Positions 24,491 to 36,773 of a stretch of DNA of 64,000 bases are shown here, in pieces; position 1 is the stretch's first letter; the number at the start of each line of letters is the position of its first letter. Position numbers and translations under genes: made by a program. The notes under the pieces are model-generated. The model made no database searches. It saw nothing but the letters and a program-made list of their open reading frames with translations, and was not told the DNA's origin. The DNA is from Octopus bimaculoides (lineage: Eukaryota): assembly GCF_001194135.2 (NCBI RefSeq), contig NC_069003.1:11805529-11869528 (forward strand). The letters are read 5' to 3'.

Positions 24491-26698
24491 ATATATATAG
24501 ACAAACTCAGTCTATAGGTATGTATGTGTAGACACAGTAAACACACACATAGGGGCACATACCTTCAACCATGCAGTCATATATATCACATTTGGAGATT
24601 AACTCTAAGTGCATCACACCTGGTGATCCAAAGTGCATCACACCAGGAGATCCAATAAATGCACCACATCTGTGAAGCCACACAGATGTAATATATATAC
24701 TCTATTGCACCCCACACCTGGGATCCCATAAGTATATCACAAATGCATATATCAAACACCATATAACAATAATGCAAAACAGAAAAGTGTCCTTGTTACC
24801 TGGTAATATTTTCTGCGGGATGAACTCATGTGAGGAAGTACAGTCTTTTTCAAGCTTATCGTCTTAAACACTTTGAAAATCATGTAACAAAGGAAGACAA
24901 AATAAAGACTAGCAGCAACCCCTGCAAGTATCACTGATCCGAGCTGAAACATTGTTAAGGAAAATAACCATCAAAATTAATGAAAGGTGTGTATGATGTA
25001 TATAAAGGCATGTGGCCTTCACACACCATTCCTGTTTGAAAAGGTGAGCAAACTTGATGAATGTGTGACATCTTGTATGTTTGCTTTGTGTATGTATTTA
25101 TGCCTCTGTGTGTGTGTGCATGCATGAATGATGGGTATGACTTTTGACAGCCTCCAGTAGTGGAGCCCTAGTTCAAATGTTCCTGGGTTATGAGCAGGTG
25201 TGGAAACACCTCTTAGACACTACTGTTCCTAGGTCTACTCTCACCTAGAGGGAAAGTGCTTGGCTTAATGGTTAGGGTATTTGTCTCACAATCATAAAAT
25301 CATGAGTTTGATTCCCAGTGACACATTATGTCCTTGAGCAAGACACTTTATTTCACATTGCTCCAGTCCACTCAGCTGGCAAAAGTGAGATGTACCCGTA
25401 ATTCAAAGGCCAGCCTTTTTCAAATTCTGTGTCACGCTGGATATCTCTGAGAACTACATTAAAGGTACACATGTTTGTGGAGTGCTTAACTACATGTACA
25501 CTAATTTCACAGGCAGGCTGTTCTGTTGATTGGATCAACTGGAACCCACGTGACTATCACTAACAGAATACCAGTAACTCTCACCCAGAATAGTAGTGCC
25601 TGTCAGGGTCCCATATAAGGGTTAACATACTAGCATGGTGGAGTACAGAGAGCCTGATGAGGCAAGTGAGATATCTTGATTATTCACTGCATCTGTCTCC
25701 ATCCCCTGTTGTTTTGACCTGGTCTTGAGAAAATGAGATTAATGGTACACAACTCTTCTATTACACACACATTACAAAATATATACACATAGACATTTTG
25801 AAGATATAGATAAGCAATAGAGAAATATAAAAATTTAACAAAAATATACACACTATGAAAGTATATTCAGATACACTACAAAGATATACACAAACTCTAT
25901 AAAAATATGCAAACTACAAAAAATAATATACACAAAAACACTATAAAAATACACAAATACATACACACTTACGCACAACTACAGAGAATATATCAACTGA
26001 CTTTCAATAAATATTTTAATTAAATCAACTTTGCTCAGATTTAATTAAGCCTAGAAATATTAATTAAAACTGCTTTCAAAAGACTCAAATAGGAAAATGA
26101 ATGAAAAAGCAAAACAAACACACACAAAAATAAAGAAATGCATGTAATAGAATTTTTAAAAAACTGATATTCTTTAAGTAAAACCCACACAAAAAAAAGG
26201 GAAATTGTAATTAGTTTTGTAAAAAAAAAAAAAAGCAGGAAAAATAATAAAAAATAAATAAATAAAATTAATATCGGTTATAAGTTCAGAGTTCAAATTT
26301 TGACTAAAGCCCCCAGAAATGCATATATACATACATATAACATATATATATATACATATATATATATATATGTATGTGTGTATGCGTATATATATATTAA
26401 TAAATGAAGGATACGGCAAGATTGGTTCCATTTTTAGTTGCCCAGATACTGAAGAATGGGTTTTTCAACTGAACACCTCTGCAATTGGTAAAGAAAAAAT
26501 GTAAGTATATGTGTATGTATACATACACACGCACATGTAAGGCTTATACATAAGTATGTGGATGTGGACGAACAAAAATATTGATATGTGTGTCTGCATC
26601 TGTGTGTATGAGTGTGTTTGTGTGTGCATATGTTTAACATATATGCATGCATGTATATGTGTATGTGCACATATATATATACATACATACATACATAC

Positions 26699-26735
<37 letters not shown>

Positions 26736-27663
26736 TAAGTAGAACTATTTATCATCATAAATATACAGGGATTAGCAATTGAGTTGCTTCTCCTCAATTG
26801 CTAATCCCTGTATATTTATGATGATAAATAGTTCTACTGATAAAGGGTTTTTTTCATACTGAACTACTTGGCAAAATTGTTAATTATTAATTCTATTATT
26901 AATTGACGATTCTCTGCCCTTATTCTTGTATATATATATAAGTATGTATATATACACACACACACGCATATATTTAGGAATGTGTGTATATTTATACATA
27001 TATGTATGTATATATCTATCTATATAAATATATACTCATACAGACATAGGGTAAAAATTAATAATTAATTGATGATTAGTAATTTTACCAAGTAGTTCGG
27101 TATGTTAAAAGCCATTATCGGTAAATACACAATTTAAAATTTAGGGTTCAGCAAGTATTGCTTCACCACACATCGAAAATTAGAAATAGCAGCCAAAACT
27201 ATTATTTCTCTACTAAAATATGACTCCCCAAAACAGTAATACTCACAAATTACAAAAGCAGTAGTTTGCGAGTACTACTGTTTTGGGGAGTCGTATTTTA
27301 GTAGAGAAATAGTAGGTTTATCTGCTATTTCTAATTTTCGATGTGTGGTGAAGCAATACTTGCTGAACCCTAAATTTTAAATTATATAAATATATATTTT
27401 ATTATTTCATTTAGGCATAGTGACACTAATAACCTGGTGTTAGAACTCAATAAATACACATATGCTTCATAAATAAGTTCCTGACATAATTTCTCATTGC
27501 CTTGTCAGTTATTCAATTTCTTATATGTTTTTGTGTACATATATATATAATGTATATACGCATGCATGTATAAGTGTGTGTGTGCATATATATTACACAC
27601 ACACACACACATACCTCTTTCTAGCATATTGGATGTCCACTCAGTGGTCATCCCTTCTTATAC

Positions 27664-27731
<68 letters not shown>

Positions 27732-30700
27732 ATATATTATACATATATATGTATATAGAAAGAACACAAAATGGTTGAGATTCACTACAGCTGTTTCAGA
27801 CACATTATTTATTGATGAATAGATAGATAAATATATAAGAACAGTAGAGAAAAGTTGTTGCCCACCTGTGCTCAACAGGGAGTGAAGGGCTTAAGTAGAT
27901 TATTATGTAAGTTGTTGTTGTATTAATAGATCTTACCGTTCACACATTTCAAACACGAATAGCATTATACACCCAAATCCGACAGCAGCAAGATGCTTCG
28001 TGTATGTAGAGATCCGGTTCCGATCCATTTGATCCTACAGCAGTTGAATGATGGTATGGCATAGCGCAGAGTGTGTGTGAATGAGTGTAAGTGATGGAGA
28101 AGGATAACAGTAGTGTTGGTAGTAGTGGTGGTGGTGGTGGTGGTGGCAGAGGTGGTGGTGATGGTTTAAGATAGAAAAAAATAGAAAAAGAATATATATA
28201 ATATAAAATATTTAAACAGAAGGAGGAAATGGATTTTTAAGTCGGGAAATAGGTTCTGAATTTTAAAGTTAAAATATAACATAAAAAGTCAAAGGTATTG
28301 ATGGAGATGATGGCAGCTGCAGTGGTGGTAGTGGAGTGGTGATGATGATGATGATAATGATGATGGTAGTAATGGTGGTGTTGCTGATGGTGATGATGAT
28401 GATGACAAACAACAATGATCAAAGCATGTGTTAGTGGTGGGAGTGGAGGTGATGGAAATGGTAGTAGTGTTCTAAATGATGATGACGATGGTGATGGTAA
28501 TAATGATGATGTTAGCAGCACAAGGAACCTACAGGTGGAATTTGAAATCAGAACATAATGAGCCAGAATACTAACGCAATAGTAACAACAGGAGGCAGGT
28601 TGATGTGAACAGCAACAGCTGAGTTAGAAACCATGAGAACGGAGTTAGCAACAACCTTATACAAGTTAGCAACACCAGGGAATGAGTTAGCAAAGATGAA
28701 TGGCAGATTTGTACCAACAAGTTAGAAGATAGTGAATAATTAGTTAGCAATTGTGTGTGTGTGCGTGTGAGAGAGAGAGAGAGAGAGACAGAGAGAGACA
28801 GAGACAGAGAGAGAGTGTTTGTGTATCACCACCATCATTTTCATGGGACAAAATACTGAAGGACAATCTCAGAATGGTGAACCTTTCGAACAAAATGACA
28901 AAGGACTGAAATAGGTGGCACCTTGCTGTACTCAAGAAACCCATCCTCCACAGCAGAAGTCTCAAGGTCGCATCCTCTAGTGAAGAGAATGGTCCTGCGA
29001 GAGTCCTGTGCCGGTGCCACGTTAATAACAGCCAGCACACGTTAGAGAGGATGTCCAGTTGTAGAAATCACGCCAAATCAGATTCGAACCTGGTGCAGCT
29101 CTCTGGCTTGCCAGCTCTGGTCAAACCATCTGACTCATGCCAGCGTGGCAAAACAGACATTAAAGGATGATGATGATGGTGAACATCCATGTTCTATGCT
29201 AAGCATGGGTTGGATAGTTTGACACGATTTGATGGGTCCAAGGACAGACTACATTGTGCTCCACTTTCTACTTTGATGTTGTTTAGGTGACTGGATGCCC
29301 TTCCTAATATGCCAACTACTTTACCGTACATACCTAGGTACTTTCTTTTTTCCATTCCACCAGCACTAGTGAAGTTGCCAGGCAGCTTGCAAGATCCCAA
29401 AAGAGGTTCACTTTATGCTCGGAGATGAGGGGCTTAAAGTATGAAAGAAAGGGCTGCAGTACAACAGGTTTCTTGCTGGATCCCAATTTACTATTTTGCT
29501 TACGTGAACTCCTAATAATTTTATATGGGCCCCAAGGGGTTATACAGACCCCAGTTGAGAACCACTAGTCTAAACAAAGCTAGCAATGAAAAAAATTGTA
29601 AACATGACAATGAATAAGAAAAATGGCGAGTTAGCAACGACAATGATGAGTTAGCAATGACAAGTAGTAAATTAGTAGCAATACATGATGGGTTAGTTAA
29701 CAAGTGGTAAGTTAGTATAATGAGTGGTGTGTTAGCAACAACATAAGATGAGTTTGTTGACAAGTGATAAGTTGAGTGGTGATGACAAGTGATAAGAATG
29801 AGTGGTGATGACAGTTAACAACAAGTAATCAGTTGGCAACAACATAATTAACAAGAACAGTGAGGGAAAAGGCAAACTAGTAAAATAAGGAATATACTCA
29901 CAATCATGTGCTCTCCTACGAAAATTAACCAAAATGAGAGAAGGATAGCGTAAAAAACTCCCTGTCGGATATCACTTAGTAGCAACATAAATGGCATGTT
30001 GATCCACAGAGTCATCCATTCGATAGGTGCTGCAGACAAAGAGACAAACAAGGGTCATTATTAATTATTGAGTGAAAGAGCAGTGCATGCCATCAAAGTG
30101 ACACTGGGGTACAAATACATGAAGCCTAGTATACCCATCATGACTACTCATCTGATAAGGGTACACCAGGCACATGCATCACAACCATATGTGCACAAAA
30201 TGATGATCTCATATCAAGATAAACAACACATGACCTTGCAGGTGAAGGCCAGTTAGAATTTTCTTCAGTTTGAGTGGCCCATCCTGCTCAAAAGCTCCCT
30301 AAATAAGAGTTGTTTAAGGATGTTGAACGAAACACCCATGTTTCAAACCCCAAACAATTCCTCTCAACACATGGCTATGATGCTCCCCCACTACTTCTGC
30401 TTGTGATCAGAGATGCACATATCGTCAACCACCAAGGGACATGCTCAACTGGTTAAGGTCAAACAGCTGACAAGCAAATCTGTGGTATTAAGCAGAATAT
30501 TTGCTGTAGCCCATCTTTTTATACCAAGACAAAACAACGTACATGATAACACTTCCAATCAATTAAGATCAGAAGCCATGAGAGCCACTGCCTGGTACTG
30601 CATCCGGGCATTATTATTATTATGGCGGTGAGTTGGCAGAATTGTTAGTACACCGGGCAAAATGCTAAGTGGCATTTCGTCTGTCTTTACATTCTGAGTT

Positions 30701-31045
30701 CAAATAACACAAAGGTTGATTCTGCCTTTCATCCTTTCGGGGTCGATGAAATAAGTACCAGTTGGATACTAGGGTCAATGTAATTGACTTAACCTCACCC
30801 TGAACTTGCTGGTCTCATGCCATAATTTGAAACCATTATCATCTGATGTCGTATTAGTATTGTTGTTGTTGTTGGAAGAGAGACAGAAAGATCTTATATG
30901 TGAGAGCAAGACAGAGACAGAGATGAAAAGAAAGAGAGAAAGGGAAAGAAGACTACTGAGATAAAAAGATACAGAGAGAGAGAGAGAGAGATAGATAAAA
31001 AGACAAAGAAAAAAGAGGAGAGAGAAGAGAGATGAAAAGACAGGT

Positions 31046-31084
<39 letters not shown>

Positions 31085-32379
31085 TGAAAAGTGGAGAGAG
31101 AAGAGAGATGAAAAGACAGTTAGAGAGAGAGAGAGAGAAAGAGACTGAGATGAAAAGACAGAGAAAAGGAGAGAGAGAGAGACTCATTAAAAGACAGGGA
31201 GAAAGAGAAGAGAAATGAAAAGACAGAGATAGAAATAGAGAGAAAGACTAAGATGAAAGACAGAAAGAAAAGGGATGAAAAGGAGAGAGAGAGAAACAGA
31301 GAGATAAAAAGACAGAGAAAGATGCAAAAGACAACGACGTATGCCTAAAATTTTAAGCACAATGCAAATATTGATTAACATTAGGATAAACCATTTTACA
31401 GATTAAAGCATTCTTTTATAGAATGTTGCAGATGGTTTACTCTTTATTTATCTTCAGGTGTGTTTGTGTGTGTGTGTGTTTCTATATATCTTCACAGCAA
31501 AATAATTTGAGAAGCAGTGATGTTTATCCATGTCCCACATTGACAATGTATCGCATAGCTCAGCAGTCTGACATGTGAAGACTAGAAGACTAAAGAACAT
31601 TGCCGCTTCAAGCCTCTTCCAACCCATGCCAGCTCAGAATAACCACAAAGGAACAATAGCGAAATGAAACACTGAGCATGTATTCACACACACACACACA
31701 CATGACAGGCTGTGTTTTTTGTCAACCAATGTCTTTGACATGGCATTAATTAACCAGTGACTTTAGTAGAAGGCTCACAAGATGCCATGCAATAGGGCTG
31801 AACCTGAGGCAAGATAGTTACCTCCATTACATATACAGATAGGTAGATAGATATCTATCTATATCTATATCTATATCAATGAAAAATATTTCAATACAAT
31901 ACAGAATATTTTCCAGTAAATATTGGTGCCTTGTTGTACCACTCTTCTGAATTTATATATATATACCCTTATAGGGCTATAGTTTGCTGGAAATTAATAC
32001 ATTTGTATTGAAATATTTTTCATTGATAACTTCTTCACTGATCTCAGTTCCGTTAACGGCTGGGCGTTCGGGCGAGTATACTTGGCATTGATGTGGCAAC
32101 ATTTGAAATATTGTCTAGGTAAATACAGCTGATGAAGACTGATCAAATTTACGTTGTGAAACGTATTTGAAGAGTCTGAAACCGGTCCTGCATTATCCTT
32201 AATCTTGGTTGTACATTTATCAAATGTTCTTCCTAGAGGTAAGACAAATTTTTCATGTTTGTTGCATACACACGATTTTGCCAGTATATACGCAGTGAAG
32301 CTTTACAATAGCGTCGTAATTGTANNNNNNNNNNNNNNNNNNNNNNNNNNNNNNNNNNNNNNNNNNNNNNNNNNNNNNN

Positions 32380-32440
<61 letters not shown>

Positions 32441-35400
32441 TACATATATATATCCATATATATGCATGTATTTATATATCTTCTTATATATATGTATACA
32501 CACATATACATATAGCTATACATATATATACACATACACATATACAGGGTGTCAACAAAGTCTGGGTACATGGGGATTAACACATACTTTAAGAAATTAT
32601 TATTTCTTATATTTAATTGTTTATGTTATGATTTTATTTACTCCATGTAGCCAGACCTTGTGGACACCCTGTATTATACATATGCACACACACACACATA
32701 TATATATATACACATATACATATACATATGTGTGTGTGTGTGTGTGTGTCTGAAACACAGAGAAGAGAGGGAGAGAGAGAGTGCATATGTGTATATAGTA
32801 AAAATACTTACAGTTTAATACCGTTAGAGCAATTCCAAGAGAAAATAAAGTTCTGTAAAACAAAAAAAAGAAAAACTAAGAATAAAATCTGAAGTGAGAA
32901 AAGATTGGAGGAGTGGGTGGAGTGTTACTACTTAGTAATATAGGGGGTGGGGGGGTGCATGCATGTGCAATAATTTAGTTTATTGATATATTATGAATCG
33001 TCCAAAATAATGCAAAAATCTGTCCTGAACAAGAAGTCTGTCCATCAGAGAAGACATGGAACAAAACAAATTGAAATAAGGCATTCTATTGTGAAAATTG
33101 TCCAGCAACCATATATATATATATATAAAACGCGGAGTAGATGGACAAGAACAACTGACGAAAGAATATACTCTTTATGTTGCATGTCTCTTTTCTCAGT
33201 TTGTTTTTTTCGTTGTTCGAAAAAAGTTCTTTTTTCTGTTTTCGTTTTTTGTTTCTTATTGTGTTTAATGTTTTTTTGCTGTCCTGTACCCATATATACA
33301 TGTATGTATACATATAGATGTAGGTATGTACATATATATATATATATATACACACAACAGGCTTCTTTCAGTTTCCATCAACCATATCCACTTACAAGTC
33401 TTTGGGTCAGCCCAGGACTACAGCAGAAGACAACTGCCAAAGGTGTCATGAAGTGGAACTGAACCCAAAACCAAATAGTCAGGACACAAACTTCTTACCC
33501 AAACAGCCACGCTGGCACATATTATTATTAAAATTGTGGAGCTGAGTAAAATCATGTAAAATGCACTCATGCCAGTGCCACATACAATACACTTGTTCCA
33601 GTGCTGCATAGATGCACCCATGTGTGATATATATATACACACACACACACACGCGCACACACTCACATACATAACAAACAGACACAAGCACACAGACATA
33701 CAAAATCTCGTGCATTCACCAAATCTGCTCACCTTTCCAACAGGTTTGGTCCCCTGTCCAGCATCAAGATCCGGCGCCAAAACCATATCAGGCAGGGCAA
33801 TAACAAGAAGAACATGACAGTTTTCAATGATAACCAAACTTCAGTAAAACCTCCCGTTTGACTAATTGCCTGAAAAGAAGCCAGAATGAACAAATATAAA
33901 CAGCCATACAAATTCAAGGGAGACATAATATTTATACAGGGTGTCCTAGAATTAACCCATTACCTACCAGTGATCTCATATGAGATCACTTAAAAATTAC
34001 AAATTTCGTAATTATCTGTCAATATTTACACATATCTAACCTTTTTTGCTATATCTACTAGGTATATTTCTCTGATATTCAAATGAGGTTTGCTAATTTT
34101 TCATCCAATATCTCGCTTATTTCTATCTAAAATATTATTTTGAAATGTTATTTTCATCATTCCAGCGTGTTTCTAAGGCTGTTTTATGCTAGAAATCAAA
34201 GTTTCATAAAAAAAAAATTCCAGTTAATAGAATTATGGGAGGTAATGGGTTAACTATCCATTTCAGTGAAATCAGACAATTTTTTTTTTAAAACCACTTT
34301 TATTTATGTTTATCATATTTTACGTGTTAAAAGTGTATAAATTTTTTATTTTGTTAATAAATTTTATAATTTTTATTATTTTTCTTTATAATTTTATTTT
34401 CTTTCTGGTTGGATCCAGCTTATCTGTCCATGACAGCTTTTTTTCAATTTGGTTGCAATCATTTTGTCTACCTCCATCTGCAGGATGGAGAAATAGTTAA
34501 GCTGAACTTCAAGAATGCATTCAATTAGCAGTGCAAGAGATTACTGAGACACTTCTGAATTTAGACTGGTGATAATGGTGTCATCATGTAGCTAATGTGT
34601 AACAATGTGGTGAACCAGATGGCTGCACCAGGCTCCAATCTGATCTGGCAGTTTCTACAGCTGGATGCCCTTCCTAACGCCAACAACTCCGAGAGTGTAG
34701 TGGGTGCTTTTACGTGCCACCGGCACGGGGGCAAGTCACACGGTACTGGCAACGGCCATGCTCAAAATGGTATTTTTTACGTGCCACCTGCACAGGAACC
34801 AGTCCAGCAGCACTGGCAACGACCTGTATTTATTGTTATTTATTCTGTTACTCTTTACCCTTTCTGCACTGCCAGTCATCACCTTCTCTCCCCTACTTTC
34901 CCTCCAACTCATTTATATTGACCACCACTCCATCCTCATTCACCAATCACTATGGTGATCTCTACTTCTATGTCCAGAATTTTTTTTTCTTTGACATGCT
35001 GTGACATGCGTGATCTTGGTAAACAAAGGGCTCATTGATAAGGGGTCCTTTGCATCCAGTTTTTGAGCTGTCTATTGTTCAACAGACTGGGAAATTAGCA
35101 AGAGAGAGTTGGTGACAGGAAAGGCATCTGACTCTAGAAACTCTCTTTTAACATCCAATTTCCTCATGCAAGCTTAGGGAACTGGACATTACACCCACCT
35201 CAATTGAGAGGTCTTGAATTGTGAGTCACTTGGTAGCAGCCTCACTGCTAGCATTAGGAAGGACATTCAGCCACATAAACTATGCCAAAGTGGACATTGG
35301 AACTTGACGCAGTCCTCTAGCTCAGGGGTTTTCAAACTTTTTGACTTGTGGACCCCTTTATATTTCAGGCTTTACCTTAGGGACCCCCATTATAAATGCT

Positions 35401-36740
35401 TATGAAATTTAAACATAAATATTTGCTTAAAATAACATATATTTTTACATTTATTTATTTAACAGTATTTAACAAATAGGTTTATTGTCAATTAAAAGAT
35501 CTCGATTAAAAAACATATAAAATCAAATTGCCCATAAAAAGTATTTGCTGTCCACGGACCCCCTGTGGTCTGCGGACCAGTTTGAAAACCCCTGCTCTAG
35601 CTGACCAGCTCCTGTCAAATTGCCCAACCCATACCAGCATGGAAAATGGACATTTGATGATGATGATGGTGGTGGTGATATTCTAATAAGGGAATGAAAT
35701 TAAAGAAAAAAAAAGAACTCAGATATTTGCCAAACAGAGAGAGAATCAGAAAAAAAGAAAAGACTAAGACAGCATAAAGTAATGAAAGAAAAAAATGCAA
35801 ATACTCACAACAACCCATATATCTTGTAATTTTCCTATTCCCGTGTTGGTAATCTTGTGTTCGTGGACTGGAATTCTCAGATTCACTAAATAATAGTCAT
35901 AATGACAACTTCCCAATTCAAAGAAAGGCACCAAATTGCATTTGTAATGATTCTGTGCTTTCTTCTGCAAAAAAGGAAAAATATGAAAAGGAGATATGAA
36001 AATGTAGGACAAAGGTTCAGTTTCTGCCCTGTTTAATTTAACTATCTTTCCCTTCTGGGGCCCTCTAGCATTATGTTTAGTGTTAACTATCAGTAAAAAG
36101 AATACACAATACTTGTTTCGGTCATTTGACTGTGACCATGCTGGAGTACGGTCTTAAAGGAATTTTTAGACAAAGAAATCAACCCCAGAACTGATCAGTG
36201 TAAGTCTCATATTTATCTTATCGGTCTCTTTTGCCAAACCCCTAAGTTGTCAAGCAATGGTGGGGAGACAAACACAGACACAAAAACATACACACACACA
36301 AATATATACATATATTGCTGTGGGCAGCAAAGAACTGACATCTCCACTATGACAACGCATTCACTCATTCCGCCCACATTGTCCAAGCCTTCCTCGTCAA
36401 GCAAAACACACCACTTGTTTGTCAGGCTTCCTACTCCCCAGATTTGGCTTTTGTGTGCTTTATGGCTATTCCAAAAGCTCAAAAAAAGCACTCAAAGGGA
36501 GATCTGAATCAACAGAGAACATCAAGCAAACTTCAATGGCATAGCTGTACAGCATCCCAAAAAGTGATTTCCAGAAATGTTTCCAGTAGTGGCAGGAACG
36601 CTGACAGAAATGTGTAGACTCCCAAGGCGAATACTTTGAAGGAGACGAAATCAAAATGGTGAGTTTTTTAATATTACTTGTTTTTTGGCCAAAGGTTGGA
36701 TACTTCTTGACTATACCTTGTACATACATACATTACATAC

Positions 36741-36773
<33 letters not shown>

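Noticed and set aside
25650-25700. CTGATGA motif inside the U12 intron
   Set aside because: No stem II or GAAA follows, so it is not a hammerhead.
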